DNA from: Eledone cirrhosa
Lineage: Eukaryota
Reading direction: 5' to 3'
Length of the DNA: 64,000 bases
Assembly: GCA_964016885.1 (NCBI GenBank)
Contig: OZ024741.1
Span: forward strand, 209,622,001-209,686,000
A program made the position numbers and the translations under genes. Position 1 is the stretch's first letter; every line of letters starts with the position of its first letter. The notes under the pieces were generated by a model. That model saw nothing but the letters and a program-made list of their open reading frames with translations. It was not told the origin of the DNA and made no database searches. Below, piece by piece: positions 24,201 through 39,400 of the stretch.

Positions 24201-27200
24201 TAACTTAACCGCAACCTAACTTAACCCCAACTTAACTTAACCGCAACCTAACTTAACCCCAACTTAACTTAACCGCAACTTAACTTAACCCCAACCTAAC
24301 TTAACCCCAACTTAACTTAACGGCAACTTAACTTAACCGCAACCTAACTTAACCCCAACTTAACTTAACCGCAACTTAACTTAACCGCAACTTAACTTAA
24401 CCGCAACCTAACTTAACCCCAACTTAACTTAACCGCAACTTAACCCCAACTTAGCTTAACCCCAACCCTTGGTGGGATCGATCTGTAATTACTGGTACAT
24501 GTGCAGACACTCATTGGCTGTGTGTGGCCTGATTTTTAGAAAGATATCTCCGTAAAATAACGAGTGGTGGCTGCGTAAAATAATGAATTACGCACGAAAA
24601 TGAGAAAATTTCGATTCTCGATCGTGGGCCGGCCGGATGTCGGATCGATTCGTAAATACAAGGATAATGTGCGGACACTCCTTGGCTGTGTGCGGCATGA
24701 TTTTCAGGACGATATCTCCGTAAAATCAAGAGTTGATAACCCCAACTTAACTTAACCCCAACTTAACTTAACCGCAACTTTACTTAACCGCAACCTAACT
24801 TAACCCCAACTTAACTTAACCGCAACCTAACTTAACCCCAACTTAACTTAACCCCAACTTAACTTAACCCCAACCTAACTTAACCCCAACTTAACTTAAC
24901 CGCAACTTAACTTAACCGCAACCTAACTTAACCCCAACTTAAATTAACCGCAACTTAACTTAACCGCAACTTAGCTTAACCCCAACCCTTGGTGGGATCG
25001 ATCTGTAATTACTGGTACATGTGCAGACACTCATTGGCTGTGTGTGGCCTGATTTTCAGAAAGATATCTCCGTAAAATAACGAGTGGTGGCTGCGTAAAA
25101 TAATGAATTACGCACGAAAATGAGAAAATTTCGATTCTCGATCGTGGGCCGGCCGGATGTCGGATCGATTCGTAAATACAAGGATAATGTGCGGACACTC
25201 CTTGGCTGTGTGCGGCATGATTTTCAGGACGATATCTCCGTAAAATCAAGAGTTGATAACCCCAACTTAACTTAACCCCAACTTAACTTAACCGCAACTT
25301 AACTTAACCGCAACCTAACTTAACCCCAACTTAACTTAACCGCAACCTAACTTAACCCCAACTTAACTTAACCGCAACTTAACTTAACCCCAACTTAACT
25401 TAACCCCAACTTAACTTAACCGCAACTTAACTTAACCGCAACCTAACTTAACCCCAACTTAACTTAACCGCAACTTAACTTAACCGCAACTTAGCTTAAC
25501 CCCAACCCTTGGTGGGATCGATCTGTAATTACTGGTATATGTGCAGACACTCATTGGCTGTGTGTGGCCTGATTTTCAGAAAGATATCTCCGTAAAATAA
25601 CGAGTGGTGGCTGCGTAAAATAATGAATTACGCACGAAAATGAGAAAATTTCCATTCTCGATCGTGGGCCGGCCGGATGTCGGATCAATTCGTAAATACA
25701 AGGATAATGTGCGGACACTCCTTGGCTGTGTGCGGCATGATTTTCAGGACGATATCTCCGTAAAATCAAGAGTTGATAACCCCAACTTAACTTAACCCCA
25801 ACTTAACTTAACCGCAACTTAACTTAACCGCAACCTAACTTAACCCCAACTTAACTTAACCGCAACCTAACTTAACCCCAACTTAACTTAACCGCAACTT
25901 AACTTAACCCCAACCTAACTTAACCCCAACTTAACTTAACCGCAACTTAACTTAACCGCAACCTAACTTAACCCCAACTTAACTTAACCGCAACTTAACT
26001 TAACCGCAACTTAGCTTAACCCCAACCCTTGGTGGGATCGATCTGTAATTACTGGTACATGTGCAGACACTCATTGGCTGTGTGTGGCCTGATTTTCAGA
26101 AAGATATCTCCGTAAAATAACGAGTGGTGGCTGCGTAAAATAATGAATTACGCACGAAAATGAGAAAATTTCGATTCTCGATCGTGGGCCGGCCGGATGT
26201 CGGATCGATTCGTAAATACAAGGATAATGTGCGGACACTCCTTGGCTGTGTGCGGCATGATTTTCAGGACGATATCTCCGTAAAATCAAGAGTTGATAAC
26301 CCCAACTTAACTTAACCCCAACTTAACTTAACCGCAACTTAACTTAACCGCAACCTAACTTAACCCCAACTTAACTTAACCGCAACCTAACTTAACCCCA
26401 ACTTAACTTAACCGCAACTTAACTTAACCCCAACCTAACTTAACCCCAACTTAACTTAACCGCAACTTAACTTAACCGCAACCTAACTTAACCCCAACTT
26501 AACTTAACCGCAACTTAACTTAACCGCAACTTAACTTAACCCCAACCTAACTTAACCCCAACTTAACTTAACCGCAACTTAACTTAACCGCAACCTAACT
26601 TAACCCCAACTTAACTTAACCGCAACTTAACTTAACCGCAACTTAGCTTAACCCCAACCCTTGGTGGGATCGATCTGTAATTACTGGTATATGTGCAGAC
26701 ACTCATTGGCTGTGTGTGGCCTGATTTTCAGAAAGATATCTCCGTAAAATAACGAGTGGTGGCTGCGTAAAATAATGAATTACGCACGAAAATGAGAAAA
26801 TTTCGATTCTCGATCGTGGGCCGGCCGGATGTCGGATCGATTCGTAAATACAAGGATAATGTGCGGACACTCCTTGGCTGTGTGCGGCATGATTTTCAGG
26901 ACGATATCTCCGTAAAATCAAGAGTTGATAACCCCAACTTAACTTAACCCCAACTTAACTTAACCGCAACTTAACTTAACCGCAACCTAACTTAACCCCA
27001 ACTTAACTTAACCGCAACCTAACTTAACCCCAACTTAACTTAACCGCAACTTAACTTAACCCCAACCTAACTTAACTCCAACTTAACTTAACCGCAACTT
27101 AACTTAACCGCAACCTAACTTAACCCCAACTTAATTTAACCGCAACTTAACTTAACCGCAACTTAGCTTAACTCCAACCCTTGGTGGGATCGATCTGTAA

Positions 27201-29349
27201 TTACTGGAACATGTGCAGACACTCATTGGCTGTGTGTGGCCTGATTTTCAGAAAGATATCTCCGTAAAATAACGAGTGGTGGCTGCGTAAAATAATGAAT
27301 TACGCACGAAAATGAGAAAATTTCGATTCTCGATCGTGGGCCGGCCGGATGTCGGATCGATTCGTAAATACAAGGATAATGTGCGGACACTCCTTGGCTG
27401 TGTGCGGCATGATTTTCAGGACGATATCTCCGTAAAATCAAGAGTTGATAACCCCAACTTAATTTAACCCCAACTTAACTTAACCGCAACTTAACTTAAC
27501 CGCAACCTAACTTAACCCCAACTTAACTTAACCGCAACCTAACTTAACCCCAACTTAACTTAACCGCAACTTAACTTAACCCCAACCTAACTTAACCCCA
27601 ACTTAACTTAACCGCAACTTAACTTAACCGCAACCTAACTTAACCCCAACTTAACTTAACCGCAACCTAACTTAACCCCAACTTAACTTAACCGCAACTT
27701 AACTTAACCCCAACCTAACTTAACCCCAACTTAACTTAACGGCAACTTAACTTAACCGCAACCTAACTTAACCCCAACTTAACTTAACCGCAACTTAACT
27801 TAACCGCAACTTAGCTTAACCCCAACCCTTGGTGGGATCGATCTGTAATTACTGGTACATGTGCAGACACTCATTGGCTGTGTGTGGCCTGATTATCAGA
27901 AAGATATCTCCGTAAAATAACGAGTGGTGGCTGCGTAAAATAATGAATTACGCACGAAAATGAGAAAATTTCGATTCTCGATCGTGGGCCGGCCGGATGT
28001 CGGATCGATTCGTAAATACAAGGATAATGTGCGGACACTCCTTGGCTGTGTGCGGCATGATTTTCAGGACGATATCTCCGTAAAATCAAGAGTTGATAAC
28101 CCCAACTTAACTTAACCCCAACTTAACTTAACCGCAACTTAACTTAACCGCAACCTAACTTAACCCCAACTTAACTTAACCGCAACCTAACTTAACCCAA
28201 ACTTAACTTAACCGCAACTTAACTTAACCCCAACCTAACTTAACCCCAACTTAACTTAACCGCAACTTAACTTAACCGCAACCTAACTTAACCCCAACTT
28301 AACTTAACCGCAACTTAACCCCAACTTAGCTTAACCCCAACCCTTGGTGGGATCGATCTGTAATTACTGGTACATGTGCAGACACTCATTGGCTGTGTGT
28401 GGCCTGATTTTTAGAAAGATATCTCCGTAAAATAACGAGTGGTGGCTGCGTAAAATAATGAATTACGCACGAAAATGAGAAAATTTCGATTCTCGATCGT
28501 GGGCCGGCCGGATGTCGGATCGATTCGTAAATACAAGGATAATGTGCGGACACTCCTTGGCTGTGTGCGGCATGATTTTCAGGACGATATCTCCGTAAAA
28601 TCAAGAGTTGATAACCCCAACTTAACTTAACCCCAACTTAACTTAACCGCAACTTTACTTAACCGCAACCTAACTTAACCCCAACTTAACTTAACCGCAA
28701 CCTAACTTAACCCCAACTTAACTTAACCCCAACTTAACTTAACCCCAACCTAACTTAACCCCAACTTAACTTAACCGCAACTTAACTTAACCGCAACCTA
28801 ACTTAACCCCAACTTAACTTAACCGCAACTTAACTTAACCGCAACTTAGCTTAACCCCAACCCTTGGTGGGATCGATCTGTAATTACTGGTACATGTGCA
28901 GACACTCATTGGCTGTGTGTGGCCTGATTTTCAGAAAGATATCTCCGTAAAATAACGAGTGGTGGCTGCGTAAAATAATGAATTACGCACGAAAATGAGA
29001 AAATTTCGATTCTCGATCGTGGGCCGGCCGGATGTCGGATCGATTCGTAAATACAAGGATAATGTGCGGACACTCCTTGGCTGTGTGCGGCATGATTTTC
29101 AGGACGATATCTCCGTAAAATCAAGAGTTGATAACCCCAACTTAATTTAACCCCAACTTAACTTAACCGCAACTTAACTTAACCGCAACCTAACTTAACC
29201 CCAACTTAACTTAACCGCAACCTAACTTAACCCCAACTTAACTTAACCGCAACTTAACTTAACCCCAACCTAACTTAACCCCAACTTAACTTAACCGCAA
29301 CTTAACTTAACCGCAACCTAACTTAACCCCAACTTAACTTAACCGCAAC

Positions 29350-32300
29350 CTAACTTAACCCCAACTTAACTTAACCGCAACTTAACTTAACCCCAACCTA
29401 ACTTAACCCCAACTTAACTTAACGGCAACTTAACTTAACCGCAACCTAACTTAACCCCAACTTAACTTAACCGCAACTTAACTTAACCGCAACTTAACTT
29501 AACCGCAACCTAACTTAACCCCAACTTAACTTAACCGCAACTTAACCCCAACTTAGCTTAACCCCAACCCTTGGTGGGATCGATCTGTAATTACTGGTAC
29601 ATGTGCAGACACTCATTGGCTGTGTGTGGCCTGATTTTTAGAAAGATATCTCCGTAAAATAACGAGTGGTGGCTGCGTAAAATAATGAATTACGCACGAA
29701 AATGAGAAAATTTCGATTCTCGATCGTGGGCCGGCCGGATGTCGGATCGATTCGTAAATACAAGGATAATGTGCGGACACTCCTTGGCTGTGTGCGGCAT
29801 GATTTTCAGGACGATATCTCCGTAAAATCAAGAGTTGATAACCCCAACTTAACTTAACCCCAACTTAACTTAACCGCAACTTTACTTAACCGCAACCTAA
29901 CTTAACCCCAACTTAACTTAACCGCAACCTAACTTAACCCCAACTTAACTTAACCCCAACTTAACTTAACCCCAACCTAACTTAACCCCAACTTAACTTA
30001 ACCGCAACTTAACTTAACCGCAACCTAACTTAACCCCAACTTAAATTAACCGCAACTTAACTTAACCGCAACTTAGCTTAACCCCAACCCTTGGTGGGAT
30101 CGATCTGTAATTACTGGTACATGTGCAGACACTCATTGGCTGTGTGTGGCCTGATTTTCAGAAAGATATCTCCGTAAAATAACGAGTGGTGGCTGCGTAA
30201 AATAATGAATTACGCACGAAAATGAGAAAATTTCGATTCTCGATCGTGGGCCGGCCGGATGTCGGATCGATTCGTAAATACAAGGATAATGTGCGGACAC
30301 TCCTTGGCTGTGTGCGGCATGATTTTCAGGACGATATCTCCGTAAAATCAAGAGTTGATAACCCCAACTTAACTTAACCCCAACTTAACTTAACCGCAAC
30401 TTAACTTAACCGCAACCTAACTTAACCCCAACTTAACTTAACCGCAACCTAACTTAACCCCAACTTAACTTAACCGCAACTTAACTTAACCCCAACCTAA
30501 CTTAACCCCAACTTAACTTAACCGCAACTTAACTTAACCGCAACCTAACTTAACCCTAACTTAACTTAACCGCAACTTAACTTAACCGCAACTTAGCTTA
30601 ACCCCAACCCTTGGTGGGATCGATCTGTAATTACTGGTACATGTGCAGACACTCATTGGCTGTGTGTGGCCTGATTTCCAGAAAGATATCTCCGTAAAAT
30701 AACGAGTGGTGGCTGCGTAAAATAATAAATTACGCACGAAAATGAGAAAATTTCGATTCTCGATCGTGGGCCGGCCGGATGTCGGATCGATTCGTAAATA
30801 CAAGGATAATGTGCGGACACTCCTTGGCTGTGTGCGGCATGATTTTCAGGACGATATCTCCGTAAAATCAAGAGTTGATAACCCCAACTTAACTTAACCC
30901 CAACTTAACTTAACCGCAACTTAACTTAACCGCAACCTAACTTAACCCCAACTTAACTTAACCGCAACCTAACTTAACCCCAACTTAACTTAACCGCAAC
31001 TTAACTTAACCCCAACTTAACTTAACCCCAACTTAACTTAACCGCAACTTAACTTAACCGCAACCTAACTTAACCCTAACTTAACTTAACCGCAACTTAA
31101 CTTAACCGCAACTTAGCTTAACCCCAACCCTTGGTGGGATCGATCTGTAATTACTGGTACATGTGCAGACACTCATTGGCTGTGTGTGGCCTGATTTCCA
31201 GAAAGATATCTCCGTAAAATAACGAGTGGTGGCTGCGTAAAATAATGAATTACGCACGAAAATGAGAAAATTTCGATTCTCGATCGTGGGCCGGCCGGAT
31301 GTCGGATCGATTCGTAAATACAAGGATAATGTGCGGACACTCCTTGGCTGTGTGCGGCATGATTTTCAGGACGATATCTCCGTAAAATCAAGAGTTGATA
31401 ACCCCAACTTAACTTAACCGCAACTTAACTTAACCGCAACCTAACTTAACCCTAACTTAACTTAACCGCAACTTAGCTTAACCCCAACCCTTAGTGGGAT
31501 CGATCTGTAATTACTGGTACATGTGCAGACACTCATTGGCTGTGTGTGGCCTGATTTTCAGAAAGATATCTACGTAAAATAACGAGTGGTGGCTGCGTAA
31601 AATAATGAATTACGCACGAAAACGAGAAAATTTCGATTCTCGATCGTGGGCCGGCCGGATGTCGGATCGATTCGTAAATACAAGGATAATGTGCGGAAAC
31701 TCCTTGGCTGTGTGCGGCATGATTTTCAGGACGATATCTCCGTAAAATCAAGAGTTGATAACCCCAACTTAACTTAACCCCAACTTAACTTAACCGCAAC
31801 TTAACTTAACCGCAACCTAACTTAACCCCAACTTAACTTAACCGCAACCTAACTTAACCCAAACTTAAGTTAACCGCAACTTAACTTAACCCCAACCTAA
31901 CTTAACCCCAACTTAACTTAACCGCAGCTTAACTTAACCGCAACCTAACTTAACCCCAACTTAACTTAACCGCAACTTAACCCCAACTTAGCTTAACCCC
32001 AACCCTTGGTGGGATCGATCTGTAATTACTGGTACATGTGCAGACACTCATTGGCTGTGTGTGGCCTGATTTTTAGAAAGATATCTCCGTAAAATAACGA
32101 GTCGTGGCTGCGTAAAATAATGAATTACGCACGAAAATGAGAAAATTTCGATTCTCGATCGTGGGCCGGCCGGATGTCGGATCGATTCGTAAATACAAGG
32201 ATAATGTGCGGACACTCCTTGGCTGTGTGCGGCATGATTTTCAGGACGATATCTCCGTAAAATCAAGAGTTGATAACCCCAACTTAACTTAACCCCAACT

Positions 32301-35300
32301 TAACTTAACCGCAACTTTACTTAACCGCAACCTAACTTAACCCCGACTTAACTTAACCGCAACCTAACTTAACACCAACTTAACTTAACCCCAACTTAAC
32401 TTAACCCCAACCTAACTTAACCCCAACTTAACTTAACCGCAACTTAACTTAACCGCAACCTAACTTAACCCCAACTTAACTTAACCGCAACTTAACTTAA
32501 CCGCAACTTAGCTTAACCCCAACCCTTGGTGGGATCGATCTGTAATTACTGGTACATGTGCAGACACTCATTGGCTGTGTGTGGCCTGATTTTCAGAAAG
32601 ATATCTCCGTAAAATAACGAGTGGTGGCTGCGTAAAATAATGAATTACGCACGAAAATGAGAAAATTTCGATTCTCGATCGTGGGCCGGCCGGATGTCGG
32701 ATCGATTCGTAAATACAAGGATAATGTGCGGACACTCCTTGGCTGTGTGCGGCATGATTTTCAGGACGATATCTCCGTAAAATCAAGAGTTGATAACCCC
32801 AACTTAACTTAACCCCAACTTAACTTAACCGCAACTTAACTTAACCGCAACCTAACTTAACCCCAACTTAACTTAACCGCAACTTAACTTAACCCCAACC
32901 TAACTTAACTCCAACTTAACTTAACCGCAACCTAACTTAACCCCAACTTAACTTAACCGCAACTTAACTTAACCGCAACCTAACTTAACCCCAACTTAAC
33001 TTAACCGCAACCTAACTTAACCCCAACTTAACTTAACCGCAACTTAACTTAACCCCAACCTAACTTAACCCCAACTTAACTTAACGGCAACTTAACTTAA
33101 CCGCAACCTAACTTAACCCCAACTTAACTTAACCGCAACTTAACTTAACCGCAACTTAACTTAACCGCAACCTAACTTAACCCCAACTTAACTTAACCGC
33201 AACTTAACCCCAACTTAGCTTAACCCCAACCCTTGGTGGGATCGATCTGTAATTACTGGTACATGTGCAGACACTCATTGGCTGTGTGTGGCCTGATTTT
33301 TAGAAAGATATCTCCGTAAAATAACGAGTGGTGGCTGCGTAAAATAATGAATTACGCACGAAAATGAGAAAATTTCGATTCTCGATCGTGGGCCGGCCGG
33401 ATGTCGGATCGATTCGTAAATACAAGGATAATGTGCGGACACTCCTTGGCTGTGTGCGGCATGATTTTCAGGACGATATCTCCGTAAAATCAAGAGTTGA
33501 TAACCCCAACTTAACTTAACCCCAACTTAACTTAACCGCAACTTTACTTAACCGCAACCTAACTTAACCCCAACTTAACTTAACCGCAACCTAACTTAAC
33601 CCCAACTTAACTTAACCCCAACTTAACTTAACCCCAACCTAACTTAACCCCAACTTAACTTAACCGCAACTTAACTTAACCGCAACCTAACTTAACCCCA
33701 ACTTAAATTAACCGCAACTTAACTTAACCGCAACTTAGCTTAACCCCAACCCTTGGTGGGATCGATCTGTAATTACTGGTACATGTGCAGACACTCATTG
33801 GCTGTGTGTGGCCTGATTTTCAGAAAGATATCTCCGTAAAATAACGAGTGGTGGCTGCGTAAAATAATGAATTACGCACGAAAATGAGAAAATTTCGATT
33901 CTCGATCGTGGGCCGGCCGGATGTCGGATCGATTCGTAAATACAAGGATAATGTGCGGACACTCCTTGGCTGTGTGCGGCATGATTTTCAGGACGATATC
34001 TCCGTAAAATCAAGAGTTGATAACCCCAACTTAACTTAACCCCAACTTAACTTAACCTCAACTTAACTTAACCGCAACCTAACTTAACCCCAACTTAACT
34101 TAACCGCAACCTAACTTAACCCCAACTTAACTTAACCGCAACTTAACTTAACCCCAACCTAAATTAACCCCAACTTAACTTAACCGCAACTTAACTTAAC
34201 CGCAACCTAACTTAACCCTAACTTAACTTAACCGCAACTTAACTTAACCGCAACTTAGCTTAACCCCAACCCTTGGTGGGATCGATCTGTAATTACTGGT
34301 ACATGTGCAGACACTCATTGGCTGTGTGTGGCCTGATTTCCAGAAAGATATCTCCGTAAAATAACGAGTGGTGGCTGCGTAAAATAATGAATTACGCACG
34401 AAAATGAGAAAATTTCGATTCTCGATCGTGGGCCGGCCGGATGTCGGATCGATTCGTAAATACAAGGATAATGTGCGGACACTCCTTGGCTGTGTGCGGC
34501 ATGATTTTCAGGACGATATCTCCGTAAAATCAAGAGTTGATAACCCCAACTTAACTTAACCCCAACTTAACTTAACCGCAACTTAACTTAACCGCAACCT
34601 AACTTAACCCCAACTTAACTTAACCGCAACCTAACTTAACCCCAACTTAACTTAACCGCAACTTAACTTAACCCCAACCTAACTTAACCCCAACTTAACT
34701 TAACCGCAACTTAACTTAACCGCAACCTAACTTAACCCTAACTTAACTTAACCGCAACTTAACTTAACCGCAACTTAGCTTAACCCCAACCCTTGGTGGG
34801 ATCGATCTGTAATTACTGGTACATGTGCAGACACTCATTGGCTGTGTGTGGCCTGATTTCCAGAAAGATATCTCCGTAAAATAACGAGTGGTGGCTGCGT
34901 AAAATAATGAATTACGCACGAAAATGAGAAAATTTCGATTCTCGATCGTGGGCCGGCCGGATGTCGGATCGATTCGTAAATACAAGGATAATGTGCGGAC
35001 ACTCCTTGGCTGTGTGCGGCATGATTTTCAGGACGATATCTCCGTAAAATCAAGAGTTGATAACCCCAACTTAACTTAACCGCAACTTAACTTAACCGCA
35101 ACCTAACTTAACCCTAACTTAACTTAACCGCAACTTAGCTTAACCCCAACCCTTAGTGGGATCGATCTGTAATTACTGGTACATGTGCAGACACTCATTG
35201 GCTGTGTGTGGCCTGATTTTCAGAAAGATATCTCCGTAAAATAACGAGTGGTGGCTGCGTAAAATAATGAATTACGCACGAAAATGAGAAAATTTCGATT

Positions 35301-36480
35301 CTCGATCGTGGGCCGGCCGGATGTCGGATCGATTCGTAAATACAAGGATAATGTGCGGAAACTCCTTGGCTGTGTGCGGCATGATTTTCAGGACGATATC
35401 TCCGTAAAATCAAGAGTTGATAACCCCAACTTAACTTAACCCCAACTTAACTTAACCGCAACTTAACTTAACCGCAACCTAACTTAACCCCAACTTAACT
35501 TAACCGCAACCTAACTTAACCCAAACTTAAGTTAACCGCAACTTAACTTAACCCCAACCTAACTTAACCCCAACTTAACTTAACCGCAGCTTAACTTAAC
35601 CGCAACCTAACTTAACCCCAACTTAACTTAACCGCAACTTAACCCCAACTTAGCTTAACCCCAACCCTTGGTGGGATCGATCTGTAATTACTGGTACATG
35701 TGCAGACACTCATTGGCTGTGTGTGGCCTGATTTTTAGAAAGATATCTCCGTAAAATAACGAGTCGTGGCTGCGTAAAATAATGAATTACGCACGAAAAT
35801 GAGAAAATTTCGATTCTCGATCGTGGGCCGGCCGGATGTCGGATCGATTCGTAAATACAAGGATAATGTGCGGACACTCCTTGGCTGTGTGCGGCATGAT
35901 TTTCAGGACGATATCTCCGTAAAATCAAGAGTTGATAACCCCAACTTAACTTAACCCCAACTTAACTTAACCGCAACTTTACTTAACCGCAACCTAACTT
36001 AACCCCGACTTAACTTAACCGCAACCTAACTTAACACCAACTTAACTTAACCCCAACTTAACTTAACCCCAACCTAACTTAACCCCAACTTAACTTAACC
36101 GCAACTTAACTTAACCGCAACCTAACTTAACCCCAACTTAACTTAACCGCAACTTAACTTAACCGCAACTTAGCTTAACCCCAACCCTTGGTGGGATCGA
36201 TCTGTAATTACTGGTACATGTGCAGACACTCATTGGCTGTGTGTGGCCTGATTTTCAGAAAGATATCTCCGTAAAATAACGAGTGGTGGCTGCGTAAAAT
36301 AATGAATTACGCACGAAAATGAGAAAATTTCGATTCTCGATCGTGGGCCGGCCGGATGTCGGATCGATTCGTAAATACAAGGATAATGTGCGGACACTCC
36401 TTGGCTGTGTGCGGCATGATTTTCAGGACGATATCTCCGTAAAATCAAGAGTTGATAACCCCAACTTAACTTAACCCCAA
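29350..36480. repeat. Higher-order repeat, 3662-bp 7-mer, ~2 copies
   Basis: 29613/33275, 30653/34315, 31533/35195 and 32048/35710 are offset by 3662 (520+520+520+360+515+520+707). They share gatttccaga, ccttagtggg, gcggaaactc and gagtcgtggc. Boundaries are approximate. Confidence 0.92.
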
Positions 36481-39400
36481 CTTAACTTAACCGCAACTTA
36501 ACTTAACCGCAACCTAAATTAACCCCAACTTAACTTAACCGCAACCTAACTTAACCCCAACTTAACTTAACCGCAACTTAACTTAACCCCAACCTAACTT
36601 AACCCCAACTTAACTTAACCGCAACTTAACTTAACCGCAACCTAACTTAACCCCAACTTAACTTAACCGCAACTTAACTTAACCGCAACTTAGCTTAACC
36701 CCAACCCTTGGTGGGATCGATCTGTAATTACTGGTATATGTGCAGACACTCATTGGCTGTGTGTGGCCTGATTTTCAGAAAGATATCTCCGTAAAATAAC
36801 GAGTGGTGGCTGCGTAAAATAATGAATTACGCACGAAAATGAGAAAATTTCGATTCTCGATCGTGGGCCGACCGGATGTCGGATCGATTCGTAAATACAA
36901 GGATAATGTGCGGACACTCCTTGGCTGTGTGCGGCATGATTTTCAGGACGATATCTCCGTAAAATCAAGAGTTGATAACCCCAACTTAACTTAACCCCAA
37001 CTTAACTTAACCGCAACTTAACTTAACCGCAACCTAACTTAACCCCAACTTAACTTAACCGCAACCTAACTTAACCCCGACTTAACTTAACCGCAACTTA
37101 ACTTAACCCCAACCTAACTTAACTCCAACTTAACTTAACCGCAACTTAACTTAACCGCAACCTAACTTAACCCCAACTTAACTTAACCGCAACTTAACCC
37201 CAACTTAGCTTAACCCCAACCCTTGGTGGGATCGATCTGTAATTACTGGTACATGTGCAGACACTCATTGGCTGTGTGTGGCCTGATTTTTAGAAAGATA
37301 TCTCCGTAAAATAACGAGTGGTGGCTGCGTAAAATAATGAATTACGCACGAAAATGAGAAAATTTCAATTCTCGATCCTGGGCCGGCCGGATGTCGGATC
37401 GATTCGTAAATACAAGGATAATGTGCGGACACTCCTTGGCTGTGTGCGGCATGATTTTCAGGACGATATCTCCGTAAAATCAAGAGTTGATAACCCCAAC
37501 TTAACTTAACCCCAACTTAACTTAACCGCAACTTTACTTAACCGCAACCTAACTTAACCCCAACTTAACTTAACCGCAACTTAACTTAACCGCAACTTAG
37601 CTTAACCCCAACCCTTGGTGGGATCGATCTGTAATTACTGGTACATGTGCAGACACTCATTGGCTGTGTGTGGCCTGATTTTCAGAAAGATATCTCCGTA
37701 AAATAACGAGTGGTGGCTGCGTAAAATAATGAATTATGCACGAAAATGAGAAAATTTCGATTCTCGATCGTGGGCCGGCCGGATGTCGGATCGATTCGTA
37801 AATACAAGGATAATGTGCGGACACTCCTTGGCTGTGTGCGGCATGATTTTCAGGACGATATCTCCGTAAAATCAAGAGTTGATATCCCCAACTTAACTTA
37901 ACCCCAACTTAACTTAACCGCAACTTAACTTAACCGCAACCTAACTTAACCCCAACTTAACTTAACCGCAACCTAACTTAACCCCAACTTAACTTAACCG
38001 CAACTTAACTTAACCGCAACTTAGCTTAACCCCAACCCTTGGTGGGATCGATCTGTAATTACTGGTACATGTGCAGACATTCATTGGCTGTGTGTGGCCT
38101 GATTTTCAGAAAGATATCTCCGTAAAATAACGAGTGGTGGCTGCGTAAAATAATGAATTACGCACGAAAATGAGAAAATTTCGATTCTCGATCGTGGGCC
38201 GGCCGGATGTCGGATCGATTCGTAAATACAAGGATAATGTGCGGACACTCCTTGGCTGTGTGCGGCATGATTTTCAGGACGATATCTCCGTAAAATCAAG
38301 AGTTGATAACCCCAACTTAATTTAACCCCAACTTAACTTAACCGCAACTTAACTTAACCGCAACCTAACTTAACCCCAACTTAACTTAACCGCAACCTAA
38401 CTTAACCCCAACTTAACTTAACCGCAACTTAACTTAACCCCAACCTAACTTAACCCCAACTTAACTTAACCGCAACTTAACTTAACCGCAACTTAGCTTA
38501 ACCCCAACCCTTGGTGGGATCGATCTGTAATTACTGGTACATGTGCAGACACTCATTGGCTGTGTGTGGCCTGATTTTCAGAAAGATATCTCCGTAAAAT
38601 AACGAGTGGTGGCTGCGTAAAATAATGAATTACGCACGAAAATGAGAAAATTTCGATTCTCGATCGTGGGCCGGCCGGATGTCGGATCGATTCGTAAATA
38701 CAAGGATAATGTGCGGACACTCCTTGCCTGTGAGCCGCATGATTTTCAGGACGATATCTCCGTAAAATCAAGAGTTGATAACCCCAACTTAACTTAACCC
38801 CAACTTAACTTAACCGCAACTTAACTTAACCGCAACCTAACTTAACCCCAACTTAACTTAACCGCAACCTAACTTAACCCCAACTTAACTTAACCGCAAC
38901 TTAACTTAACCCCAACCTAACTTAACCCCAACTTAACTTAACGGCAACTTAACTTAACCGCAACCTAACTTAACCCCAACTTAACTTATCCGCAACTTAA
39001 CTTAACCGCAACTTAGCTTAACCCCAACCCTTGGTGGGATCGATCTGTAATTACTGGTACATATGCAGACACTCATTGGCTGTGTGTGGCCTGATTTTCA
39101 GAAAGATATCTCCGTAAAATAACGAGTGGTGGCTGCGTAAAATAATGAATTACGCACGAAAATGAGAAAATTTCGATTCTCGATCGTGGGCCGGCCGGAT
39201 GTCGGATCGATTCGTAAATACAAGGATAATGTGCGGACACTCCTTGGCTGTGTGCGGCATGATTTTCAGGACGATATCTCCGTAAAATCAAGAGTTGATA
39301 ACCCCAACTTAACTTAACCCCAACTTAACTTAACCGCAACTTAACTTAACCGCAACCTAACTTAACCCCAACTTAACTTAACCGCAACCTAACTTAACCC

